A stretch of DNA of 64,000 nucleotides from Candidatus Omnitrophota bacterium (GTDB taxonomy: Bacteria; Omnitrophota; Gorgyraeia; Zapsychrales; JANLHA01): positions 130,621 to 194,620 of the forward strand of contig JACKFI010000002.1 of the NCBI GenBank assembly GCA_020632555.1. Direction: 5' to 3'. Shown here piece after piece: positions 36,265 to 45,097 of this stretch (position 1 is the first letter of the stretch; every line of letters begins with the position of its first letter). Below the pieces are notes generated by a model. That model did no database searches and had not been told where the DNA came from. It was given only the letters and a program-made list of their open reading frames with translations. Position numbers and translations under genes: made by a program.

Positions 36265-37371
36265 TTAAGCAAACTCCTGATAAACAGCCAAGGTTTCCTG
36301 CGCGGTCTTATCAAAAGAAAAACTCACAGCACGATTCAAAGCTTTCGCTTGCAACTGGCTTTTGAAATCCGCGTCTTCCAAAAGACGCAATACCGCACCC
36401 GCGATTTCATCAGGGTTATAAGGATTAACCACCAACGCTCCATCAGCGGCAATCTCCGGGCAAGAAGAAACATCAGAAGTCACCACCGCTGCCCCGCACG
36501 AAAAAGCTTCCACAATCGGAAAGCCAAACCCTTCATAAAAAGACGGGAACACAAAGACATCACACAAATTGTACAAAGCCCGAAGCTGTTCATCCGAAAC
36601 ATAGCCGGGAAAAATCACATCATCTGTCAAATCAAATTTCTTAATCACATCCGCCAAACCCTCAACCATCCACCCTTTCATTCCGCTGACCACCAATTTG
36701 CTTTTAAATGCCTTATTTTTCTTTAAAATGGACAAAGCGAGCAATAAATTCTGCAAATTCTTGCGCGGCTCAATGGTCCCAACAAAAAGCAAGAACGATT
36801 GCGGGATTCCTCGTCGTGTTAAATCTGCCCGTGCCTGCGCTCGCGCCAAATCTTTGAGCGGATAAAAAACATTTTTATCCACCCCCTGATAAACCAAACG
36901 CATTTGTTCTGGCTTAACTGGAAAATATTGCTGCAAATCATGTATCGTGCTTTGCGAACAACAAATAATACGGTCGGCCCGCTCGACAATTTGGGTCAGC
37001 TGTTTCTGCGCTGTTTCGCAAGTTTGTGCGGTATGCCCGGCGGGATAGGTTTTATAAACCAAATCGTGCACTGTCACAACAATTTTAGCTTTTTCAAAAG
37101 TCAATGTTTCAATCGTTGGCGTATGGTACAAATCCACCGGACCTAAAATCTTGTTTAAACCTTGTCCGAACCAATCAACTTTGACGTGAAAATTCTCAGC
37201 CTGCACGCGGGGAATGGTGCGCTTAAAATCAAAATATTTTTTTTGCGCGTAAAGCCAATATTCATTTTTTTGATCAATTTCACTCAATGATTTAACAAGA
37301 TTATACGCATAGCGACCAATCCCTGTATAATTTTTGAGAAGAAACGAACGGCAATTGATCGCAATCCGCAT
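36265..37371 (-). CDS. glycosyltransferase family 4 (GT-B, GT1 clan)
   Basis: The ATG at 37371 (MRIAINCRSF) lies 5 nt after the upstream stop; the track's TTG at 37425 is rejected. It carries the 'FVFPSFYEGFGFPIVEA' EX7E motif. Confidence 0.85.
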   Translation of the reverse strand: MRIAINCRSFLLKNYTGIGRYAYNLVKSLSEIDQKNEYWLYAQKKYFDFKRTIPRVQAENFHVKVDWFGQGLNKILGPVDLYHTPTIETLTFEKAKIVVTVHDLVYKTYPAGHTAQTCETAQKQLTQIVERADRIICCSQSTIHDLQQYFPVKPEQMRLVYQGVDKNVFYPLKDLARAQARADLTRRGIPQSFLLFVGTIEPRKNLQNLLLALSILKKNKAFKSKLVVSGMKGWMVEGLADVIKKFDLTDDVIFPGYVSDEQLRALYNLCDVFVFPSFYEGFGFPIVEAFSCGAAVVTSDVSSCPEIAADGALVVNPYNPDEIAGAVLRLLEDADFKSQLQAKALNRAVSFSFDKTAQETLAVYQEFA

Positions 37372-37375
37372 GACG

Positions 37376-38551
37376 TTAAACTCTCTTGCCGTGAAGGCTA
37401 AGAAATTTCTCAACGGTTTGCACAATATAATCTAATTGCGTTAAATCAATGTCTTGATGAATGCCAAAATGAAAACCATGGTCACCGCAATATTCAGCTT
37501 GCGGAAAATCACCCAGCTGATACCCTAAGAAAGCATAACTTTCACATTGCGTCGGAATGGAATTAAAAAGGTTACGGGAATCCACCCCGGCCTGATCAAG
37601 ATACTGCACCAATTCATCTTTGGTGAAATTAAGACCTTCCCGTAAAATCACAGAATACGCATGCGGTCCAATCTTTTCGCCGGTGTCTTCCTTGATCGTT
37701 ATAAAATAAGCTTCAAATTTCTTAAACTGTTCGATCAAATGCAATAAATTCCGGCGGCGACGGCCAAGAATATCTTGATAAATTTTAATATTCCCTAAAC
37801 CAACCGCCGCCTCCAACTCATTCATCTTGGCCGAAAAACCAATCCGTTTAAAATCAAATTTATTAACCATGCCATGATTGCGCAATGACCGTAAAGCTTC
37901 AGCCATCGCCGCATCATTGGTGGTTACAATTCCCCCTTCAATGGTCGTAATAATATGCGCCGCGTAAAGACTATACGCTGTCATATGGCCAAACGTCCCC
38001 ACCAGCTGACCATGAAGCTCGGCGCCATGCGCTTCGGCCGCATCTTCAATAACATATAACTTATGTTTTCTCGCCAAATCCATAATCGGCCCCATGGCCG
38101 CGGGTTTGCCCATCAAATGCACCGGCATAATGGCGCGAGTGCGCGATGTGATCACTGCTTCAATCTTATTCGGATCAATGTTTAACGTTTCCCGATTCAC
38201 GTCAACAAAAACAGGTTTAAATCCCGCCTGAAAAACCGCATTGGCTGTCGCCACAAAAGTCAAAGCCGGAATAATCACTTCATCCCCGCGCTGAGCGCCA
38301 TAATCATAAAGCACCGCGCACGCCAAAGCATCCGCGTCTGTGCCGCTGGACACCGCCACAGCTTCTTGTGCACCAAACAAATGCGCGAATTGTTTTTCAA
38401 ACTCCGCGACATATTTGCCGCGCGTCACAAACTTAGAATCCAGCGCCATATCAATCAATCGACGAGCTTCCTCTGTAATCGAAACAGTTCCAAAAGGAAC
38501 ACGATATCGTGCCTTGACTTCCACGCTTTGATTCTTAATTTTTGTGTCCAC
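37376..38551 (-). CDS. DegT/DnrJ/EryC1/StrS-family PLP enzyme (aminotransferase or 3-dehydrase-like)
   Basis: It carries 'AVSSGTDADALA', 'EDAAEAHGA' and 'SLYAAHIITTIEGG'. The start is uncertain: the track's TTG is at 38608, and I prefer the GTG at 38551, which has an upstream GAAAGG. Confidence 0.8.
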   Translation of the reverse strand: MDTKIKNQSVEVKARYRVPFGTVSITEEARRLIDMALDSKFVTRGKYVAEFEKQFAHLFGAQEAVAVSSGTDADALACAVLYDYGAQRGDEVIIPALTFVATANAVFQAGFKPVFVDVNRETLNIDPNKIEAVITSRTRAIMPVHLMGKPAAMGPIMDLARKHKLYVIEDAAEAHGAELHGQLVGTFGHMTAYSLYAAHIITTIEGGIVTTNDAAMAEALRSLRNHGMVNKFDFKRIGFSAKMNELEAAVGLGNIKIYQDILGRRRRNLLHLIEQFKKFEAYFITIKEDTGEKIGPHAYSVILREGLNFTKDELVQYLDQAGVDSRNLFNSIPTQCESYAFLGYQLGDFPQAEYCGDHGFHFGIHQDIDLTQLDYIVQTVEKFLSLHGKRV

Positions 38552-39269
38552 GATCTTTGACCTTTCGTATTGTTTCCTGCGCGCTCGAATAACGCTCTGG
38601 CGTGCCAATATCTAAAAACTCTTGATCAACAACAAAACTCCTAAACCGCTCGCCCAACTTCACCGGCAAAACAGGGAAAAAATCAAGTTCAATCGAAAAC
38701 TTGCCTGCCGGCATTAACTCTAATACTTCTTTGTTAAAGCAATACGCACCAATATTAACAAACCCTCCGCCCGCGACATCTTTCTTTTCTTCAAAGCCAA
38801 CAATCACATCATGAGCTCCCAAAAGAACTGTGCCATAATCCCGGCACTCAGCAATTTTCGCAACCGAGAGGGTCACCGCGCTTTTTTGGGCTAAATGAAA
38901 TTTCAAGAATTCCTGATAATTCAAAGAACAAAAACAATCCCCATTCATGGCAAAAAACTGATCTGACTCAATTAAGGATTGCGCATTCTTAATCGCGCCG
39001 CCCGTCCCCAAAGGAAGCTCTTCTCTTGAGAACTCAATGATTAGCCCCATATCATGCGCGCGATAATACTGCTCGACTTGTTGAGCTTGATAACCAACGG
39101 CTAAAATAATCCGACGAAATCCTTGCTCCTGCAAATGCCTTAACACTTTGTTCAAAAAAGGTTCTTCTCCAACAGCAGCCATGATTTTTTGTGACTGGCC
39201 AATGGTCGAGCGCAATCTGGTCCCCAAGCCGCCGCAAAGAATCACCATATCTGTTTTTGATAAATTCAT
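38535..39269 (-). CDS. sugar-1-phosphate nucleotidyltransferase (HddC-like heptose-1-P guanylyltransferase candidate)
   Basis: 244 aa with 'MVILCGGLGTRLRS' (the GxGxRL signature). It is adjacent to an HddA-like kinase. Confidence 0.75.
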   Translation of the reverse strand: MNLSKTDMVILCGGLGTRLRSTIGQSQKIMAAVGEEPFLNKVLRHLQEQGFRRIILAVGYQAQQVEQYYRAHDMGLIIEFSREELPLGTGGAIKNAQSLIESDQFFAMNGDCFCSLNYQEFLKFHLAQKSAVTLSVAKIAECRDYGTVLLGAHDVIVGFEEKKDVAGGGFVNIGAYCFNKEVLELMPAGKFSIELDFFPVLPVKLGERFRSFVVDQEFLDIGTPERYSSAQETIRKVKDRGHKN

Positions 39270-39298
39270 AAAACCCTCGTCAACATATTGCTATTTAA

Positions 39299-40297
39299 TT
39301 AAGCCACCAAACCTGTATTGGGCTGATAAAAAATAATTTGACTGCCCAGTGATTCAAATTTAAATGGGATTTCTAATAAATTCTTAAGCCGTGCGCGAAC
39401 TTTCGGCTGGACTTGTGGCGCCGCAAAAATAAGGACAAATCCACCACCGCCCGCCCCCAAAAGTTTTCCGCCCTGCGCCCCAGCATCTCGCGCAGCTTGA
39501 TAAATTTCATCAATGTGCGGCGTTGAAATTTTCTCCGAAAGACTACGCTTTAATTGCCAAGCTTCATGCAATAAATGGCCAAAATCCAAAATATCGCCAT
39601 TTTTAAGAACACCCAAAGCCTGCGTCGTTAAACCAAAGATTTCATTTAATTCCTTAATCTTATTGGGAGTATTCTTAATTTGATGCGCCGCAATCTCAGA
39701 AGCTGTCCGCGAAAATCCGGTAAAAAATATCATCAAGTGGGACTGTAATTCTTTGAGTCTATCAGGCCCGACCGTCACCATCCGAACTTGCAAATGATTA
39801 GGTCCGCCAAACTCAATATAGTTAAACCCGCCGTAAGCGGCCAGCGTTTGATCCTGACAACCCACATTTTCTTTAATCAAATCCTGTTCAATATGAACAG
39901 CCTCGCGAGCCAATTGCTCCTTAGTGGTCATTATGCCTTTAAGCGCGTATAAGCTATTGAGCAAACCAACCGTAAAAGATGAACTTGAGCCCAAACCGGT
40001 CCGCGCTGGCAAATCACCGTCGTGATGAATTTCGATACCTTCATGAATATTCAAAAATTTTAAAACCTCGCGCACCGAAGGGTGATCGATTTCCTCAACA
40101 TTTTGCACATGCTCTGTGACCGAATAAATAATTCGCGACTTGTGTTCAAAAAACGGCGGCAAATAGCGGCAGGTGATGTAACAATACTTGTCTATTGTTG
40201 TCGCCAAAACCGCGCCTTTGTGTTCTTGATACCACGCTGGATAATCAGTGCCGCCACCAAAAAAAGACACGCGAAAGGGTGTCCGTGAAATAATCAT
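39299..40297 (-). CDS. GHMP-family sugar kinase (HddA-like D-glycero-alpha-D-manno-heptose 7-phosphate kinase candidate)
   Basis: 332 aa. It carries 'RTPFRVSFFGGGTDYPAWY', 'PARTGLGSSSSF' and 'GAQGGKLLGAGGGGF'. Confidence 0.75.
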   Translation of the reverse strand: MIISRTPFRVSFFGGGTDYPAWYQEHKGAVLATTIDKYCYITCRYLPPFFEHKSRIIYSVTEHVQNVEEIDHPSVREVLKFLNIHEGIEIHHDGDLPARTGLGSSSSFTVGLLNSLYALKGIMTTKEQLAREAVHIEQDLIKENVGCQDQTLAAYGGFNYIEFGGPNHLQVRMVTVGPDRLKELQSHLMIFFTGFSRTASEIAAHQIKNTPNKIKELNEIFGLTTQALGVLKNGDILDFGHLLHEAWQLKRSLSEKISTPHIDEIYQAARDAGAQGGKLLGAGGGGFVLIFAAPQVQPKVRARLKNLLEIPFKFESLGSQIIFYQPNTGLVA

Positions 40298-41814
40298 AAG
40301 CGCACCTGCTCTTCAAGGATTTTTCTTTTCAATTTGATTTTCGTGGACCGCAATGTTTCCTCAACTGCTAAATTCCCAAACTTTCTTTCCAGCAAACTTA
40401 AAAATTGAGGATTGGTATGATATTGCATCCAAGCTTTATCCCGAAATTCTAAAACTTGCGGCGCCGTTAAATATTTCGTCGGCAAAGGCTGCGCATTATA
40501 CGAATGCTGAGAAAATCCAGAATACGCATCCGGCAGTTTCCAGCCCGCTTTGCGCGCCTGACCGTGCAAAGGACTGCCCGGATAAGCCATCGCGGAATAA
40601 AAATTAGCTTCCTCAGTGTTCATCTCTAACGCCAAATCCAAAGTCATTTGCATACTGGCAATATCATCTTCCGGTAAACCAAAAATATAATTCGCAATCA
40701 CATTAATATCATGAGCTCGAATCTTTTTAACCACATCGCGGATATCGACATCCTCAAAACGTCCTTTGGTCACATCTTTACGAACACGGGTATTACCGCT
40801 TTCAATACCCAAAGCCAGCCAATTGACACCCGCTTTCTTTAAAATATCCAAATACTGTTCTTTGACGGTATCAACCCGAGAGTAACACCAAATATTAAAC
40901 TTGTATCCCCGTTGAATAATCAATTCGCACAACTTGACAAAATGATTGGCATTGAGCACAAAAAGTTCATCCGCGATTTTGATATTGGTAATTCCTTGTT
41001 CCGCAAAGAAATCAAACTGCTTAATAATAAACTCCGGATCCCAATAGCGGAAAACAGCGCTGCCGTCAGAAAATTCATTCTCCTGCCGATTGATGATATT
41101 GATCATACAAAATGAACAACGCATCGGACAACCCAAACTTGTGTATAAAGCGGCAAAAGGCTGACGCTTAACATGATTAGAATACGAATGCCATAAAGAT
41201 GTACGATAGCGCTGCAAGGGCAAATGATCCCAGGCGACACCGGGCAGATCTTGCGGCAGATTTTCTTTGGCCACAATCGGCGAGGGTGGGTTCAAAACAA
41301 TTTGATTTTGATCGCGATAACCCAAGCCCAGCACCTGATCAAGCTTATCCACGAGGTTTGTCTGCAATAAATTAGAAATGGTATAAACCCCTTCATTTTG
41401 GCAAACAAAATCAATACAAGAATGATTTTCCAAAACTTCTCGCGGTAAAGCCGCCACATGCCCGCCGACAAAAAGAATCTTTGTCTCTGGAACATGTTTG
41501 CGAACCAACTGCGCTAAAGCAATCGCCCCCTCCATATTCTGCGAACTAGCACTGGGCTGTTGACCATAAACCACAAAACACACAACTTTGGGATTAATGT
41601 CAGCAATGTATTGTGTTGACTCCGCATCTGAAAATGCCAAAGCTTCGCTGTCCAAAATTGACGCTCGGAAACCTTTTTGCAAACAATGATTGGTCAACAT
41701 TCCCGCCCAAATCGGCGGCTCGATTGCTGAGAAAACCGTACTCAAATCCTGATAAACTTTATAAGCCGCATTGGCTTGAACAAACAAAATATCCAATTGC
41801 TTAAATGTTGGCAT
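40294..41814 (-). CDS. B12-binding-domain radical SAM enzyme
   Basis: 506 aa. The N-terminal part is a cobalamin-binding-type Rossmann region. The 'CPMRCSFC' CxxxCxxC cluster is present. A 4-nt overlap with the next gene indicates translational coupling. Confidence 0.85.
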   Translation of the reverse strand: MPTFKQLDILFVQANAAYKVYQDLSTVFSAIEPPIWAGMLTNHCLQKGFRASILDSEALAFSDAESTQYIADINPKVVCFVVYGQQPSASSQNMEGAIALAQLVRKHVPETKILFVGGHVAALPREVLENHSCIDFVCQNEGVYTISNLLQTNLVDKLDQVLGLGYRDQNQIVLNPPSPIVAKENLPQDLPGVAWDHLPLQRYRTSLWHSYSNHVKRQPFAALYTSLGCPMRCSFCMINIINRQENEFSDGSAVFRYWDPEFIIKQFDFFAEQGITNIKIADELFVLNANHFVKLCELIIQRGYKFNIWCYSRVDTVKEQYLDILKKAGVNWLALGIESGNTRVRKDVTKGRFEDVDIRDVVKKIRAHDINVIANYIFGLPEDDIASMQMTLDLALEMNTEEANFYSAMAYPGSPLHGQARKAGWKLPDAYSGFSQHSYNAQPLPTKYLTAPQVLEFRDKAWMQYHTNPQFLSLLERKFGNLAVEETLRSTKIKLKRKILEEQVRL

Positions 41815-42733
41815 ATTGATTCCTTTTGATCACTTGATACGCTTTAACCAATTCCGCTATTCCCGCCGCCAAAGACACATCCGGTTTAAAACCTGTTTTT
41901 TCAATTTTATCATTACTGACAATATAATCCCGCTTGTCAGGGTCCTCGCCAATAGTCGCTTCCACAAAATAAAAATCTTTGACCTGTTTTTGTATTTCCT
42001 GGCATAACCCCAACTTGCTGATATTCGCATCACTCAAGCCCACGTTATAGGCTTGATTTTTCATTTTCTCAAACTGATTTAAACTGTGACTAAACGCTTT
42101 GGCCACATCGCGCACATGAATAAAATTTCGGTTAAAATGCGCTTCAAACAAAATCACAAACCGATCATACACCGCGCGATAAACAAAGTCATTGACCAAT
42201 AAATCCAAACGCATGCGCGGCGAAACACCAAAAGCCGTCGCTAAGCGCAGCGTAATCCCATTGCCCGCCGCGAGAATGGCGTCTTCGGCTTCCACTTTCA
42301 ACTTGCCATATAGAGAGATGGGACGCAGCGGCGTCTCTTCGGTACAATGTTTGCCCTTTTCACCAACGCCATAACCGCTATTAGTCGTCGGAAAGATAAT
42401 CATTTGATTTTTACTGCGCAATTCCAAAATCAATTCAACCGCATCCAAAAGAATCGATTGTGCTCCAATCGGATCTTTGGCACATAAAGGCGCGCCCGTT
42501 AAACAAGCCAAAGGAAAAATCGCATCCACATCTTTAAGCAATTTTGTCATCAAACTTTTATCGCGCGTATCGCCACGAACAATAGTCAAAGTAGGATAAT
42601 AACAGACATCTAAAAGAGACGTCTGGTTGTACATAAAATTGTCTAAAGCAACAATCTCATGACCTTCAGCCAAGAACCGCGGAATCATCACAGACCCCAA
42701 ATATCCAGCCGCACCGGTGATTAAAATCTTCAT
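41801..42733 (-). CDS. NAD-dependent epimerase/dehydratase (extended SDR)
   Basis: 310 aa. It carries 'ILITGAAGYLGS' and 'YGKLK' (YxxxK). Confidence 0.8.
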   Translation of the reverse strand: MKILITGAAGYLGSVMIPRFLAEGHEIVALDNFMYNQTSLLDVCYYPTLTIVRGDTRDKSLMTKLLKDVDAIFPLACLTGAPLCAKDPIGAQSILLDAVELILELRSKNQMIIFPTTNSGYGVGEKGKHCTEETPLRPISLYGKLKVEAEDAILAAGNGITLRLATAFGVSPRMRLDLLVNDFVYRAVYDRFVILFEAHFNRNFIHVRDVAKAFSHSLNQFEKMKNQAYNVGLSDANISKLGLCQEIQKQVKDFYFVEATIGEDPDKRDYIVSNDKIEKTGFKPDVSLAAGIAELVKAYQVIKRNQYANI

Positions 42734-42782
42734 AAAAGAATTTCCTTTCTTAACATGCCTGCTTTAATCAAAATGTTTTTTG

Positions 42783-42890
42783 TTTTGCCACAAACCCTTC
42801 GGCTCAATGAACGGTCCCTGGTCGATGTCCCGCCTAAAGGCGGGAGAAATTCAGGGCTGCGTTCAATTCGCCGTTGGGCTTGCGGCAAAA
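42783..42890. repeat. 108-nt GC-rich imperfect palindrome / structured intergenic element
   Basis: The 31-nt arms (42783-42813 and 42860-42890) are complementary at 24/31. They enclose a CCCTG...CAGGG helix and a perfect hairpin CCCGCC-taaa-GGCGGG (42829-42844). The element lies between two co-oriented sugar genes. Confidence 0.8.
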
Positions 42891-42901
42891 CAAACACATC
42901 C

Positions 42902-43807
42902 CTAAATCATCTGCTGAATACCTTCTTCTAACCCAATCTTTGGCTGCCAACCCAAATTTTTCATACGAGAACTATCCAAAAGTTTTCGCATCGCTCCGTC
43001 TGGTTTGGAAGCATCAAATTCAATTTGGCCTTGATAACCCACCTGTTTAGCAATCATCTTAGCCAAATCTTTAATCGTAATATCTTCGCCAACACCAACA
43101 TTGATCAATTGATCCTCATTGTAATTTTTCATCAAAAATACACAGGCATCGGCAAAATCTTCACTAAACAAAAACTCACGCTTAGGTTTACCGGTTCCCC
43201 AAAGGGTTACCTTTTTCTGGTTATCCTCCTGAGCTTGAAAAAATTTCCCCAACAATGCACCCAAAACATGCGCATTTTGGCTGTCGGTATCCGCTTGTGG
43301 TCCGTATAATGTTGCAGGAACCATCGCAATCGCGTTAAATCCATATTGCCGTCGATACGCCCGGCACATTTCAATACCAGCAATCTTGGCTACCGCATAC
43401 GGTTGGCTGGTCGGCTCTAAGGCTCCCGTCAAAAGATATTCTTCTTTCATCGGCTGAGGACAAGCTTTGGGATAAACACAAGAACTGGCAATAAAAAGCA
43501 GTTTCTTAACTTTGCTTTTATAGGAGGTATGAATGATATTGTTTTGGCTTTGCAAATTCTCGTAAATAAATTCCGCACAATATCTCTGATTAGCCTCGAT
43601 GCCGCCAGAACACGTTGACGCTAAGAAAACATACTCAGGTTCAATCTCGCCAAAAAACTTTTCAACTTGCTGCTGATTAAAAACATCCCATTTCTCTGGC
43701 CCGGCAGAAATCACATTCTTAAAACCACTTTCAACTAGATGGTCATACAACGAATGTTCGACGATATCATTATGTCCGACGATAAGAATGCGCGATTGTT
43801 TCTTCAT
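42902..43807 (-). CDS. GDP-L-fucose synthase-like 3,5-epimerase/4-reductase (Fcl family) with an atypical dinucleotide-binding loop
   Basis: 301 aa, collinear with E. coli Fcl as I recall it ('SSCVYPK', 'PYAVAKIAG', 'MVPATLYGP', 'FDASKPDG'). The N-terminal GxxGxxG loop instead reads 'GHNDIVE'. Confidence 0.7.
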   Translation of the reverse strand: MKKQSRILIVGHNDIVEHSLYDHLVESGFKNVISAGPEKWDVFNQQQVEKFFGEIEPEYVFLASTCSGGIEANQRYCAEFIYENLQSQNNIIHTSYKSKVKKLLFIASSCVYPKACPQPMKEEYLLTGALEPTSQPYAVAKIAGIEMCRAYRRQYGFNAIAMVPATLYGPQADTDSQNAHVLGALLGKFFQAQEDNQKKVTLWGTGKPKREFLFSEDFADACVFLMKNYNEDQLINVGVGEDITIKDLAKMIAKQVGYQGQIEFDASKPDGAMRKLLDSSRMKNLGWQPKIGLEEGIQQMI

Positions 43808-43899
43808 AAAACTATTCGACTCTCCCCAAAATATCTCTTAAGCACACCCAACACCTTAAAAACTTTTCTCTCTTTTTAAAAAGGGATTCAGGGAAGCTC

Positions 43900-44451
43900 C
43901 TATTTCAGATTATAATAATTCCCGTGCTCAATGAGCATCGTCGAGCGGCCATCAGGCCGCTCAAAAGCATGTTTATACGCAGGGAAGATTTCTTCTGGTT
44001 CATTGAGTTCAATCACATCAATGGTGGTAAATAAATTACGAAAAGCATTGGCGTAATTGCCAACATGCTGATGTCCCGGGTGAACCGGCGCATCAGGTCC
44101 AGCGGCCACGCGAATCAACATCTTGGGCATCACCTGTCCGCCGCTAATGGCTGGGATTTTGTCCAACATATTGGTCATGTCAGATGTCGCCAATAATAAA
44201 AAATTCTGACGCGGATAGACGGAAATAGGAACATAACCCGCCAAAGCCATGCCAATTGAAAACTGCATTTGAAAACTTTCATTAATCGGCATTTCCAATG
44301 CGCGCTCCGGCGGACAATCCCGCAATGTTTGAAACATAAATGTCCCCGGCCCGGCCACAGTTTGTCCCACAAACATCGCTTGCGGCTGAGTCGCCAGCCA
44401 TTCCATCGTGCGCTTTAATTCGTCGAAATATTTCACCTTATCATTCTCCAA
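43900..44451 (-). CDS. ThDP-enzyme pyrimidine-binding subunit (E1-beta-like, truncated to the Pyr domain)
   Basis: 183 aa. 'MFVGQTVAGPGTFMFQTLRD...ALEMPINESFQMQFSIGMALAG' parallels the N-terminal domain of E1-beta or transketolase. The start is the TTG at 44451 or the GTG at 44436 (GGAG upstream). Confidence 0.6.
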   Translation of the reverse strand: MENDKVKYFDELKRTMEWLATQPQAMFVGQTVAGPGTFMFQTLRDCPPERALEMPINESFQMQFSIGMALAGYVPISVYPRQNFLLLATSDMTNMLDKIPAISGGQVMPKMLIRVAAGPDAPVHPGHQHVGNYANAFRNLFTTIDVIELNEPEEIFPAYKHAFERPDGRSTMLIEHGNYYNLK

Positions 44452-44466
44452 TTAAAGAATTCATAT

Positions 44467-44796
44467 TTAAAAAACCTTATTAATCCACTTTCTTAACTGC
44501 GGCAAACGGTTTTTGATAACCATCCAAACGATGACAACATCAACACCCATATAGTCATGGATCAAAACATCCCGCATCCCAGCAATTTTCTGCCATTCAA
44601 TATTGGGATACTGATTTTTAAATTCTTTATCTATCTTCTTCGCGGCTTCGCCAATAACTTCCAAGTTGCGAATGACCGCATCCTGCACCATCTTATTCTT
44701 CAAAAATTCCGACTCTTTTAAACCACGAGTGTAACTTTCAATATCCTTAATCGCATCCGCAATATGATGCAAATAAACCTTATTATCGTGACTCAT
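44467..44796 (-). CDS. hepT: HepT-like (DUF86) RNase toxin of a type VII TA pair
   Basis: 109 aa with 'RDVLIHDY', the Rx4HxY active-site motif. Its ATG overlaps the MntA stop (ATGA). Confidence 0.85.
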   Translation of the reverse strand: MSHDNKVYLHHIADAIKDIESYTRGLKESEFLKNKMVQDAVIRNLEVIGEAAKKIDKEFKNQYPNIEWQKIAGMRDVLIHDYMGVDVVIVWMVIKNRLPQLRKWINKVF

Positions 44797-45086
44797 AAAT
44801 AAACGGCCTCACGCAAAACCTGCGCACGAATATATCGGCTTAAAGATCGCGGCGTTGCGACATCAACCTTTTTCTTCAATAACTTCTCTAAATCCTGCTT
44901 GAGGCCGACCTGATCAAAAAGATCAGCATTTTCTTCAAACTCGACCAAAAAATCCAAATCGCTGCCGCGTGAAAACCGGCCCGTTGCATAGGAACCAAAA
45001 AGTGCTATTCTTTTAACTTTGTTTAATTTAAGGGCACTTTTAAATTTTACTCCGCTAAAAACCACGTCTAAACGCTTTAGAATCAT
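44793..45086 (-). CDS. mntA: MntA-like minimal nucleotidyltransferase antitoxin
   Basis: The ATG at 45086 has a perfect AAGGAG Shine-Dalgarno; the track's TTG at 45101 is rejected. 'ALFGSYATGRFSRGSDLDFLVEF' matches the GSx9-10...DxD nucleotidyltransferase motif. Confidence 0.85.
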   Translation of the reverse strand: MILKRLDVVFSGVKFKSALKLNKVKRIALFGSYATGRFSRGSDLDFLVEFEENADLFDQVGLKQDLEKLLKKKVDVATPRSLSRYIRAQVLREAVYL

Positions 45087-45097
45087 ATAGTTCTCCT

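Noticed and set aside
42783-42890. tRNA or tRNA-like gene, suggested by the T-loop-like gcgTTCAATTcgc and acceptor-like pairing caaaccc/gggcttg.
   Set aside because: There is no D-arm. The central hairpin has a 4-nt loop rather than a 7-nt anticodon loop. The length and stem layout do not fit a cloverleaf on either strand.
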